DNA of 64,000 bases. It comes from Candidatus Thorarchaeota archaeon (GTDB lineage: Archaea; Asgardarchaeota; Thorarchaeia; Thorarchaeales; Thorarchaeaceae). The stretch covers positions 13,939 to 77,938 of the forward strand of contig JBHLRZ010000010.1 of NCBI GenBank assembly GCA_048882045.1, written 5' to 3'. Position numbers and translations under genes: made by a program. The notes below the pieces were generated by a model that saw nothing but the letters and a program-made list of their open reading frames with translations, was not told the DNA's origin and did no database searches. Shown here piece after piece: positions 47,291-56,771 of the stretch. Position 1 is the first letter of the stretch, and each line of letters opens with the position of its first letter.

Positions 47291-47899
47291 ATGAGTGACT
47301 CCTTGAGCCTCTTGCACCTTGTTGAGTCATATCTCATGACTAAGGACTACAAAGCAGCAATCAAGCTGTGTAGAGAGATTCTCATCAAGGAACCAAACAA
47401 TGTCGGAGCAATCCACAATCTTAAGTTTGCGTTGCATGATCTGGGGGAGGCTAAGGCGTGGATAGAGTGTGCATTCTGCAGACGAACTCTCGAAACTGAC
47501 ATCTATCCCACCAACATACCTAGGGACCAGATACAGAAGGCTGTTTTCGCCATCAAGTACGCAGAGATTCCAGAAACTGTAAGGGTCGTATACTGTCCTG
47601 ATTGTGACAGGAACACACCGGTGACGTTCATCCTGTGTATCAAGTGCCGCGAGGGGTACTTGAAACACTACTATACCTTTCTTGGGGTAAACAAGGAAAC
47701 CAAGCAGGAAACCTTCATGGAACGGATCTTCCGATGTGAGAAATGCAACTACCGATCTACATTGGCCGAAGAAAAATCACCCGCTGAGCTGAGGGTCTAT
47801 GAGGGTCTCTTGCAGGTGAGACCAGAGATCAGAGAAATGATAGAGGTATTATTCCAGCAAGAGGAAATGCATGGTAAGATGAGAAGCAAATCAGAGTGA
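47291..47899 (+). CDS. TPR-like plus multi-Zn-ribbon hypothetical protein
   Basis: N-terminal TPR-like helices; four CxxC motifs (CAFC, CPDC, CIKC, CEKC). Confidence 0.7.
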   Translation: MSDSLSLLHLVESYLMTKDYKAAIKLCREILIKEPNNVGAIHNLKFALHDLGEAKAWIECAFCRRTLETDIYPTNIPRDQIQKAVFAIKYAEIPETVRVVYCPDCDRNTPVTFILCIKCREGYLKHYYTFLGVNKETKQETFMERIFRCEKCNYRSTLAEEKSPAELRVYEGLLQVRPEIREMIEVLFQQEEMHGKMRSKSE

Positions 47900-48171
47900 A
47901 CGGAGAATCGGAGGCCACGACTCGGTTTCAAGCCTGTTACAGAGGTCCTTCCTCTCTAACCACTGTTCGAGTTTCCGGTCCATACTCTTCTCTATATCAG
48001 CTCCATAGCCCCTCACCTCATCGTAGAGTGGCTCCCTCAGCTGACACAGGACCAGAACCTGAACTCCTCACCCTCCTCTCTCACATCGAAGGAGTGCCTG
48101 TTGGTCACATTGTCGAAGGTGATGACTGCGACCAAACCCTCTGATATGGTCTTCATGAATATCCGTCGCAT
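47891..48171 (-). pseudogene. Probable frameshifted small gene E downstream of element C copy 1
   Basis: ATG follows GGAG; MRRIFMKTISEGLVAVITFD... continues in another frame as VLCQLREPLYDEVRG...PPILRSL*. Confidence 0.4.
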
Positions 48172-48200
48172 GCACACTCCGTGGTAGACCACTATTCTTT

Positions 48201-48240
48201 CACCGGAACTATGTGCAGATGGAGCCTGAAAAAGACCTAC
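48201..48240 (-). repeat. Element C copy 1 (most diverged)
   Basis: + strand caccggaactatgtgcagatggagcctgaaaaagaccta aligns without gaps to the other three copies. Confidence 0.65.
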
Positions 48241-48274
48241 TGAGATTAATCAAATGATTCTGTCAATGGTTAAC

Positions 48275-50356
48275 TCAAGCGAATATCCATACAGCTTCGA
48301 ACATCGTCACATCATTAAGTGAATAACTGTTTTCAACAGTGCCTTGAACGACTACACTCGATCCAACGGATGGAGGTTCAACTCCATCCCAGAAAAATGA
48401 TAGGAAGCCTAGATATTCCACGTGCTCATCTATAATAGTAAAGTAGTTGTCGTCAACAATCGCGAGTATTCCCTTTACAGTGACTACTGTTCCAACTCCA
48501 GCTTTATCATCATTTATGTCCTTAATATCAGTCACACCGAAGACGCCGTCATGCCAAGCTACTGAAGATAACAATAGAATAAACACAACAATGATTACCA
48601 AAATAATACGACGTTTAGTGCTCATCAGAAATTTTGGCGTCCTAAAGCCGCTTCCCGCGGTTTCAGGACGATTGTAGAAAAGAGTATAGATAATAAATAG
48701 GAAGACGAAGACTCTCATTGCAGTATCAAGTAGAAGCCAAAATGCCACCCGTATAGGATAGAATTGCGGATCAGCTCTTGGATAAGTAAGGAAGGGAGAT
48801 ATACGTGTGAATTCAATCCCGTTGTATTGAACTGGTAATCCAATGCTAGCAATGATATAGTCAATATTGGGAAAGATGACCCACATTGTGAAAGATATTA
48901 GGACTCCTGTTGTTAGAGCGAATGATAATGGACCTCCCCTCTTCCTGTCTCTATATCGGTGTCCAAAGAAACCCATCGTGATAATCGTTAGCAAGGAAAT
49001 CATTAGAATCGTTACAGCGTATTGACCCTCATGAAGTGCTACTAGATTGGAAAATCCCCAAGGAGAGTAATAGGTGACAGTAACACCATTACCTGTGTCT
49101 AGTGGTGGAACATATGGTGCGTAAAACACATAAAACAGAGTTGAAAAGAACATGACGACAGTGTATAAACCTAACACTACTACACTGGTTTTTAATACAG
49201 CCCGCCAATGAATGAGTTCTGAGAACTTCCATCCATAGACATGTTTGAGAAATATTATACCTACGAAGTATGGAATTGACAATAGTAAAATCAGCCCGGG
49301 AATCATCATTGGAATGACATACCATAGCGAATTCAGCAATGGAATGACATTGAACAGTGTATATGCGCCTAAAATTGGAATGATTATATTTGGGAAATAT
49401 TTCCAATTGGAAACCTTCAGACGTAATTTCATGAATAAAGACACTAATCTCACACAAAAGATGGTAGCATATTTTTCAACGAGTGGCAACACCAAGACTG
49501 CAAAAATGATTGGGATGAATGCTAAGACAAATCCAGAAAGATAGGTTGTTGCGAATAACTCAAGCCCAGGAGTTCCAGCAATGGACAAGACTTGGAAGAT
49601 ATTCTGCAAGATTGCGACTATAGAGAGGAGGATATTAATCTTGAAGAACGCTCCAAAATGGGTGCTTGGATCCTGTTCAAACTCGACCTCACGAATGAAG
49701 AAACCTGCTGTTTTAGCAATCCTTCCGGTTGCTGGATATCCAAATCTGTAGATCCATGTAAAGAAGATGAGAATATTCAGAATATAATAGTCCATTATTG
49801 GTAAAATGTATATTTCCAGTGAAGGAATGATTGTGGCCAGCCCTATAATGAAGTACTCTTTCCTTGCTTCACCAATGTCTGTCTTCGGAATACAAGCAAA
49901 CCGTTGAGTTTTACCAGCAACCAACTTTGCATAGTCCGATTTTTTCTCCCATTCAATTAGACGCTGCATGGTTTCCTTTCTGCGCCAAGTAAATGTCCTC
50001 AAAACTAGCAATAGAAAGCAGAATAATGCAGAATAGAATGACACCATAATCCAAATCATATAATCTTGTAGCGCTCCTCCAACATGATATACGAAATTAT
50101 ATAGAAATATCATCCCCATAGTGCCTAATCCCACAGATGGATCAAATTGGGGATCTATCAAGGGCTGAAGATGAAATCGAAGAAAGAATGCGAATATTCG
50201 GACATACATGATAAGAATGAATGCCTCTATGTAGTTATTTCGTCGTATACGGTTACTTTTTACTAAAAGGAGATAGAGAGATGTTGTAATCACAGGTGGA
50301 ATGAACTCTATGAGAATTGTAGTGAGATTTGGAATAACAAGCTCTAAACCCTGCAA
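48275..50356 (-). CDS. Polytopic membrane protein with C-terminal OB-fold-like domain
   Basis: Many TMs; C-terminal T.IKDI...G..VTVKG...G..V.V.GTV; AT-rich. Confidence 0.7.
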   Translation of the reverse strand: MQGLELVIPNLTTILIEFIPPVITTSLYLLLVKSNRIRRNNYIEAFILIMYVRIFAFFLRFHLQPLIDPQFDPSVGLGTMGMIFLYNFVYHVGGALQDYMIWIMVSFYSALFCFLLLVLRTFTWRRKETMQRLIEWEKKSDYAKLVAGKTQRFACIPKTDIGEARKEYFIIGLATIIPSLEIYILPIMDYYILNILIFFTWIYRFGYPATGRIAKTAGFFIREVEFEQDPSTHFGAFFKINILLSIVAILQNIFQVLSIAGTPGLELFATTYLSGFVLAFIPIIFAVLVLPLVEKYATIFCVRLVSLFMKLRLKVSNWKYFPNIIIPILGAYTLFNVIPLLNSLWYVIPMMIPGLILLLSIPYFVGIIFLKHVYGWKFSELIHWRAVLKTSVVVLGLYTVVMFFSTLFYVFYAPYVPPLDTGNGVTVTYYSPWGFSNLVALHEGQYAVTILMISLLTIITMGFFGHRYRDRKRGGPLSFALTTGVLISFTMWVIFPNIDYIIASIGLPVQYNGIEFTRISPFLTYPRADPQFYPIRVAFWLLLDTAMRVFVFLFIIYTLFYNRPETAGSGFRTPKFLMSTKRRIILVIIVVFILLLSSVAWHDGVFGVTDIKDINDDKAGVGTVVTVKGILAIVDDNYFTIIDEHVEYLGFLSFFWDGVEPPSVGSSVVVQGTVENSYSLNDVTMFEAVWIFA

Positions 50357-50437
50357 TTACTACATTCCCTAATCATTTTATGAAAGAGGGAGATTCTGCT
50401 GCTTGTATAAGTGCCTTTTTGTCAATCTTGACATTGT

Positions 50438-50572
50438 TCATTTCTTCACTACATAGGCCACATGACAGGAGGGACATATCAGGACCATCTGGCGTTCTTG
50501 GAGCTCGTGGTTCGAGGCCTCGCACACTGTCTTTCATCTGGTCCCGTTCTTGAGAACGATTGTTTCACACAA
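50438..50572 (-). pseudogene. Microprotein D copy with in-frame TGA at Trp13
   Basis: MCETIVLKNGTR*KTVCEASNHELQERQMVLICPSCHVAYVVKK; collinear with 58968-59102. Confidence 0.85.
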
Positions 50573-50578
50573 GTTGTA

Positions 50579-50618
50579 CACCGAGAGTATGTACTGATGA
50601 GGATTGAAAAGCACCTAT
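50579..50618 (-). repeat. Element C copy 2; contains the TAG stop of the TPR gene
   Basis: + strand caccgagagtatgtactgatgaggattgaaaagcacctat. Confidence 0.9.
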
Positions 50619-52144
50619 GCATCAACAGAGGTTTCTAGTTCCTGCAACCGGTCCTGTATCCTCTTCCTCAGCGTCTTCACACCCGGCGAGTCTGTGAAGG
50701 TGAGGGCATCCCGCAGGGTGAGTTGGGCGGCCTCTGTTTCACCAATCATCTCTTGATATTTTGCCTTGAGAAGGGCATGCTGCATCATGATTCCGGGATA
50801 GTTCTTCTCTCGTGCATGAATCCCAAGTTGTGTCATCCACTGTCCTGAGGACTCGACTAATCTAGAACGCTCTAGTCTTTCGAGGTTCTGTACTTCAGCC
50901 TTTGCTAGAGCTAGAAGAATACTGTTGACCTGAAATTCTAAGGGTATGCGTTTGACCTCACTTAGGGCATCAGACATGTTTTGAAGTCCTGCATCAAGAT
51001 TACCAATAGCTATTTCGAATAAGCCTGACACAAAATTATAGCTCGCCAAGGTATAGTCTTCTCCTCGTCCTAAGACTATTTTATATATCTCACTCAAAAG
51101 TTGAGGAACTCCATCTAGCTGACCTAACTGAATCACAGTTCTTGCTATGGCTAAGGAAAGATGAGGGTCTGGAACTGGATCTGGATCTAACTTAGATATA
51201 GGAAGTTGTTTGATGATTGTAGGAGTGAGCTCATCCCAATCCATTATCTTCTTAGTCCATTCAAATGCCTCGTTTGGGAGATCAATATCGCAATATATTC
51301 GCGAAATTTCAATTGCATCTGTTCTCTTGTCAATCCAACTAGGTTCTGTAATTCGTTCAGCCTCAAGATAGAATTCCACAGCTAAATCATATTCTCCAAC
51401 AATGGAATGTAAAAGACCCATGTTACGAGCTTCAACACTCGCCCAATGGTTAGCTCCCCAAGACTTGGATGTTTGATAAGCCTCCTCCAAAAGGGAGAGT
51501 GCTTTGAATGCATCAGTTTCCATTAGACATCTAGCAAAATCAACTTGGGCATCACATTTCCCAATGACATCATCGTAGTGTGATGAGATTTTTATAGCCT
51601 TTTCAAAGAGTTTCATGGCTCCTGCAATGTCGGCACTTCCTCTCGCATACCACCCACTCCTAATGTAAATCTCTGTAGAGAAGCATTCTAAGTCAGGTTG
51701 ATTCTCAACTAGTTTTGTAGCCTCATCTATGAAAGTTGGCCGCTTAATTCTTGGAAGGTAAAAATGAGCTCCTATAATTAGGAGAAATAAACGAACCCAG
51801 TCTTCAGCTATGTGCTCAAGTGCTTTGTCGATTGCCAATGAAACACCTTGTTCGTATTCATCTGGGGGACCATCATAAAGATAGAATGACCAAGGTTTGA
51901 GTATAACATCATCCAAAAGATGAGGACGCAACTTATTGAATATCACGGGATTTATCGAGTTGTACGCAAGTATTGTTGTGAGATATGACAAATCGTTTGC
52001 TTCTTCTTGATCCAATATGAGATTAACAAGCTTCTCTACAAAATCATCAAATCCTTCCGCATCTTTCAGAGTGGATTCGACAATCTCACGTGTTTTCTGT
52101 GAGAGAAACGGATAGAAGTTCATAACAGTTCCAATAGGTTCCAC
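50615..52144 (-). CDS. Large TPR-like helical-repeat protein
   Basis: G......GEYD.A...Y..A TPR-like units; GTG at 52144 follows the GGTGGAGG of element A (MEPIGTVMNFYPFL). Confidence 0.8.
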   Translation of the reverse strand: MEPIGTVMNFYPFLSQKTREIVESTLKDAEGFDDFVEKLVNLILDQEEANDLSYLTTILAYNSINPVIFNKLRPHLLDDVILKPWSFYLYDGPPDEYEQGVSLAIDKALEHIAEDWVRLFLLIIGAHFYLPRIKRPTFIDEATKLVENQPDLECFSTEIYIRSGWYARGSADIAGAMKLFEKAIKISSHYDDVIGKCDAQVDFARCLMETDAFKALSLLEEAYQTSKSWGANHWASVEARNMGLLHSIVGEYDLAVEFYLEAERITEPSWIDKRTDAIEISRIYCDIDLPNEAFEWTKKIMDWDELTPTIIKQLPISKLDPDPVPDPHLSLAIARTVIQLGQLDGVPQLLSEIYKIVLGRGEDYTLASYNFVSGLFEIAIGNLDAGLQNMSDALSEVKRIPLEFQVNSILLALAKAEVQNLERLERSRLVESSGQWMTQLGIHAREKNYPGIMMQHALLKAKYQEMIGETEAAQLTLRDALTFTDSPGVKTLRKRIQDRLQELETSVDA

Positions 52145-52150
52145 GCTTGA

Positions 52151-52237
52151 CCTCCACCTGACTCGAACCTGACCCTCCAAATCCTTAGTATAACTCGAAT
52201 ATAAACACCCCCAGTGACATCTCCCCTGAGAGAGATG
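52151..52237 (-). repeat. Element A copy 2
   Basis: Reverse complement is 78/87 identical to 170-256. Confidence 0.9.
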
Positions 52238-52416
52238 CCTGAAAGTGAACTTTGTTCAATTTTTCCACCTCGATTCGTACAAATTCCTCACGAAAATCAC
52301 TAGTCCTGATTCTCCCAACATACCTTGAGCATTCCCCGGAGATCCAGCGCCACGGAAACGACAGCGACTAGTTACAAATCCAAGAGAATCTACACTTGTC
52401 ATTCGACTTTCTTGAC

Positions 52417-52443
52417 AAAGGGAATAGGGGGAACTAGTCCCCC
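52417..52443 (-). terminator. Hairpin terminator candidate
   Basis: GGGGGA-CTAGT-TCCCCC then TATTCCCTTT, after the stop at 52454. Confidence 0.6.
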
Positions 52444-52453
52444 GTTTGAAATG

Positions 52454-54193
52454 TTAATTGTTGATTATTCTCAATGAAAGAACATAGGCGAGTGCACCAC
52501 ATTGATTGACTCTTTTTCCCAGAACTTCCAATGCAATCCTCATCTCTTCGTATCCAGCACCTAGGCCACTCCACAAGTCATTCAACAAGGGATTCTGGAA
52601 TGGAAGATTTCCAGGCACCTCCCCCTCATGTTCATCGTAATATGTTTCCAGCTCCGTATATGCATATTCAAAAACATTATAGATTGAATATTGTGATCGC
52701 AGACCGTCTTCAAAGAAAAGGGTAAAAAGGCCTTGTCCGAAATCAACTACTGATTCGTGATAAGAATCAGCTGCGGTTATTACTAGTCTATCCTCTGCAC
52801 TGACATCATCAATATAGCTACCTGAGTAACAATTTTCAAAATATATGATCATCTTACCGGGTTTATTATCGCCATCATATGAGTTCAATGCTTGTGCAAC
52901 GACACTGATGCTAACATCGGTACCCCCTGAGGACACTCTTCCTCCTACTTTCACTACGTTTTGTTCACCATGTCCTACAATGTAGATGAAGAGTAAACTT
53001 CCACTGTCGGTTACTTGATTGAAATGAGAGATGTGATTTACTAAGGCAGTTGTACGATCCCCCTGCCAATCATCATGTGTTTCGACAGGAACTGGATTAT
53101 GACAGTCATCAAAGAACCAATGAAGACCATCTCCATCCTCTATAAAGTTGAAGATATTGTCTCTTGATGCTTTGTGTCCATTATATTCGGAGTCAGCTGT
53201 AAGAAAAGTCAAGTCAATGATGATCGCATACTTAGAAGTACATGTCCAGTCATCTGTTGTAAAGGTGTCCTCATTTGTTTGACTTCTCTCTTCACCCTGT
53301 ACAGTATGCCCAACTGTAATACTCCATGCATACTCTGTATCCATGACAAGACCTGTAAGTACTTGACTACCTTCATCTTCTCCATCCATGTCAATAATCT
53401 CAGTCATCTCCCAGTCAGCATCATTAACTCCCTTCCAACTGACAGATGCATAACAATCGGTTCCCTGTCCCAAATTTCCCCAATCATTCACCGTCCAATC
53501 CAGCTGTGCCTGTTTCTCATCTATTGAGCTGATACTGGCAGAGATATCCGGATTATAACTATGAGTAGGTATTAGCTCGCCCATATTGACACTATTACTA
53601 GTCACACTCACTGTACTGGCTCCAGGATTGGCAAATCCACCAACAGTTGCAATCGCCTTACATTGTGTCATGCTATCACCAGTCGTATATTCGAAAGAAA
53701 AGTCTCCATAGGCATCTGGTGTTGTTTGACCTATCTCCGACCAGCCTTCATACACATCTCTGTATATAGTCACAGTTGCATCCGGATTTGTTTCTCCGTA
53801 TATTGTATACATTCGAGTCATGTATACATTGCCAAAATTCACATTGTCGTACTGATCCGGAATCCCATACTTGATCTTGTCAGTCCATGGATATTTTACT
53901 ACTAGCACCTTGAAATTTTCAGTTGACGACCGCCCTGTAACTGACTTGCTGAAGTAACCATTTGCATCAGTATAGTCTGTAGCTTTCCAGACATTGTCGA
54001 CATAGATCTTGACCATTGCTGAAGCAATTGGGTCAGATGTTCCTTGTCTTTTCACATAGCCATAGACATCATACGTCGTTGTTCCACCACCTCCGGGTGG
54101 TGGAGGAAAAACAGCACTAGCTAATACAGCTGATTGTAACATCAACAGACATACTGTTACTGCTAGAAAATACGTTACTTTCTTAGAATGAAT
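52454..54193 (-). CDS. Secreted clan CD (C13 legumain-like/caspase-fold) cysteine peptidase with carboxypeptidase-regulatory-like and Fn3-like domains
   Basis: LLFIYIVGHG and IIYFENCYSGS His/Cys dyad; RLVITAA; complete signal peptide only if translation starts at ATT 54193 (otherwise 54145). Confidence 0.75.
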   Translation of the reverse strand: MHSKKVTYFLAVTVCLLMLQSAVLASAVFPPPPGGGGTTTYDVYGYVKRQGTSDPIASAMVKIYVDNVWKATDYTDANGYFSKSVTGRSSTENFKVLVVKYPWTDKIKYGIPDQYDNVNFGNVYMTRMYTIYGETNPDATVTIYRDVYEGWSEIGQTTPDAYGDFSFEYTTGDSMTQCKAIATVGGFANPGASTVSVTSNSVNMGELIPTHSYNPDISASISSIDEKQAQLDWTVNDWGNLGQGTDCYASVSWKGVNDADWEMTEIIDMDGEDEGSQVLTGLVMDTEYAWSITVGHTVQGEERSQTNEDTFTTDDWTCTSKYAIIIDLTFLTADSEYNGHKASRDNIFNFIEDGDGLHWFFDDCHNPVPVETHDDWQGDRTTALVNHISHFNQVTDSGSLLFIYIVGHGEQNVVKVGGRVSSGGTDVSISVVAQALNSYDGDNKPGKMIIYFENCYSGSYIDDVSAEDRLVITAADSYHESVVDFGQGLFTLFFEDGLRSQYSIYNVFEYAYTELETYYDEHEGEVPGNLPFQNPLLNDLWSGLGAGYEEMRIALEVLGKRVNQCGALAYVLSLRIINN

Positions 54194-54305
54194 TGAATTC
54201 CTCTCCTCACGCTATTAGTCTGTGGACGAATTTCACAGACTACAACTTGAAGTCAACTGCATCCTAGATTTAAGACCTATCATTCATATAAATGAAGAAT
54301 AATTG

Positions 54306-54485
54306 TTAGTCTAACACAAACTTTCCCTGAATCTCGCTCATCACATCCAGTTGCCTAGAGGTGTTCTCCCTCTTGAGAAGCCTCCTCCGTAGCCGTGACT
54401 CCAGAAAGTCATCCAGCTCACGGACTGAACGCAGGGTCACAATGAGGCTGGACTCCTCACTGATCTCATAGAGCTTGATCTGCAT
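54306..54485 (-). CDS. Small gene B, 59-aa hypothetical protein
   Basis: Homologous pseudogene at 1629-1777 keeps the same reading frame; no clear RBS, so it may be a gene remnant. Confidence 0.6.
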   Translation of the reverse strand: MQIKLYEISEESSLIVTLRSVRELDDFLESRLRRRLLKRENTSRQLDVMSEIQGKFVLD

Positions 54486-54581
54486 CAGAGTATGATTGTT
54501 TTGAAAATGAAATCGGAAGCTATAAGTCATAGGTTTGATTAATTTATTGCTTCTCACGGAATATTACAAGAAGGGACTGTT

Positions 54582-56642
54582 TTGACAATCAAGCAAATCA
54601 ATAGACTTGCAGAGGAACTCCTGAAGATAAGAGAGACTCCAGAAATGTCTCCGACAGAGTCATTTGAGAAACAGCAAACAGAGCTGAAAAGTCTTATTGA
54701 GCAAGGTGAAAAGCTAGCTCAGGATATAGGAGATATTGAAATAGAAAAGCTAGCTTTGGATATCGGAACTCTAGAAATCGGTCTAGAAAACATCGAGATA
54801 ATATCTCTACTCACAACGGCGAGTTTTCTTTTCAGAGGGGAAAATCTGAATGAGAGAGGACTCAAATTATTCAATCTAATATCTGAATGGTCAAAGAAGA
54901 AAGAGAAGCATCTGATAGACGATGCGTGGGAAATTTTGAAGTCAGAAACTTCTGAACGATCAAGTGAATTTCTAATACCGCATCTCTACTTTCTTATGCG
55001 ATACTATCATTGGTTCTCAGACTGTATTAGACATTTCAAAAAATGGTTTAGAAAGTATACTGATACTTTGGATCGCTTTTCCTACTCAGCGTTAATGGGA
55101 AGAACAAGGTGGGAGAGATTGGAAAGACCAAATCGGACACCAAAAGACGTAATCTCTCTTCAAGTTGAAATCCTAAAAGAAGTCCGCGAGAACCCTCCAG
55201 TGATTGATTGGCCATTTTGGGGATTGCCCTCGAGTCCACCTAGAGAACCTTGGATTCGTTCAGAACTCAAAGAGGGGGAAGATGTTACACTAAACTCCAA
55301 GAACCTTATTCATGATTTTAGACCTGATATCAAGATCACAGGCTATGATACATACAGAGACTTAGTGAGTAGAAATCGTTTCATAAGTCGAATTAGAGAA
55401 GCCACTTATTTACGCCATGCAATGTTCTACAGGGCTATAGTTTCAACCAATCAGAAAAAAATGTGTCTTCAATACCTTTGGATTTTCGATAGACAAATGG
55501 GGAGCACGAGCTCATTATACATGGTAATTGTGCCATTCCTTGCTCTTATTTGGACAATGATAGTATCCACAACCTTTGCTTCCGAGATATCATTGATACA
55601 TTCATGGTTGGGCGCAGGACTAATAGTCAATATCCTATCTAATCCGGAATTATGGGTTGCAATCATCACAACACTTGTTCTTGGTTTAACTCTCTTCATC
55701 TCAGGAATCACACCGCATATTAGTGATGTCAGAAAGATAAAGGAGGGTTCCAAATTTCGTTTTAGAAATACTACATATTTGATTCCAGTAGGTCTATGTA
55801 TAGTCTCGATCTTTTGGTTAAGTTCAGGGATTCAAGAAGCAGCAATCATAATCTTTCTAGTGGGTTTTGTTCCTTGGTTCCTGGAAACATTGGGTAAACT
55901 TCCTACTCAGCATGAAATGGACTATGCACCAATCTTCGTCTGGATTAAACGAAAAGAAGGAGTTCAGGTGTGGAATGATGATTCAAATGATTGGATATTC
56001 GTGAAAGCATACTGGGATAAATTCCACTATTACACTGATAAGTATGAATCGGAAGGTTGGATGGATAGAAAGGACAATTTGAAAAACAGTCAACAAATCC
56101 CGCTAACAATGGATAGTTCATGGCACAGTTTTTCTCTACAGTCAGAAGAACGAGATTTTCCAAAATCATCAAAATGGTTTGCATTGTGCGGAATAATATT
56201 CAGTTTTGTGCTTTGGTTCACAGGATTCTACCGAATTGGAGCTATTCTGTTGAGTCTATCTGCCATACTCGGACACCTATTTCTTTCTCGATATACGATA
56301 CAATGGGATTTAGTATCTTCAATTGATTACGAATTGGATAGGTTAAGAAAACATATACTCGATAAGAAAGATTACGAAAAAGTAAAGGGCAGTATTCAAC
56401 CCAGCTGGAAACTTAGCCTTGAAGATGAGATTATCCATAAACACCATCTCACATTTGATAAACTCAAGGTGTTATGGAACCGAGAGAGTGAGGAAGCCCG
56501 GTTAAAGATAGTATCGAAACTTCAGGACCCATTCAATGTTCGTCCTGAATTCTACTACACATTCAGAGATGATGTAGAGTACATGATACATGATCTGATT
56601 TCCAGAGTCCAAGAACTTGAAGAAAGAATGAAACAGAAGTGA
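54582..56642 (+). CDS. Hypothetical membrane protein
   Basis: 686-aa AT-rich ORF; TM clusters interrupt a soluble domain (LQYLWIF..Q, HEMDYAPIFVW, WDKFHY, WHSF). Confidence 0.7.
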   Translation: MTIKQINRLAEELLKIRETPEMSPTESFEKQQTELKSLIEQGEKLAQDIGDIEIEKLALDIGTLEIGLENIEIISLLTTASFLFRGENLNERGLKLFNLISEWSKKKEKHLIDDAWEILKSETSERSSEFLIPHLYFLMRYYHWFSDCIRHFKKWFRKYTDTLDRFSYSALMGRTRWERLERPNRTPKDVISLQVEILKEVRENPPVIDWPFWGLPSSPPREPWIRSELKEGEDVTLNSKNLIHDFRPDIKITGYDTYRDLVSRNRFISRIREATYLRHAMFYRAIVSTNQKKMCLQYLWIFDRQMGSTSSLYMVIVPFLALIWTMIVSTTFASEISLIHSWLGAGLIVNILSNPELWVAIITTLVLGLTLFISGITPHISDVRKIKEGSKFRFRNTTYLIPVGLCIVSIFWLSSGIQEAAIIIFLVGFVPWFLETLGKLPTQHEMDYAPIFVWIKRKEGVQVWNDDSNDWIFVKAYWDKFHYYTDKYESEGWMDRKDNLKNSQQIPLTMDSSWHSFSLQSEERDFPKSSKWFALCGIIFSFVLWFTGFYRIGAILLSLSAILGHLFLSRYTIQWDLVSSIDYELDRLRKHILDKKDYEKVKGSIQPSWKLSLEDEIIHKHHLTFDKLKVLWNRESEEARLKIVSKLQDPFNVRPEFYYTFRDDVEYMIHDLISRVQELEERMKQK

Positions 56643-56771
56643 CAGCAGAATAATGATGATGGAATTTCGCTTTTTATGTCCTTTTTAGGCGTTGACTGAG
56701 TCTTTTGAACTCCCACTATCCAGACTCCACTTCATTATAGATATGATAGAATTCCCCGGAAGTCAATTGTG

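Noticed and set aside
47896-48144. 82-aa + strand ORF overlapping the stop of the Zn-ribbon gene
   Set aside because: Ser/Pro/His-rich antisense-like composition; the minus strand has an RBS and more protein-like frames
54486-54512. Weak resemblance of the gene B upstream region to element C (TTTTCAA..CAATCA..TACTCT)
   Set aside because: Needs a gap and is AT-rich; could be chance
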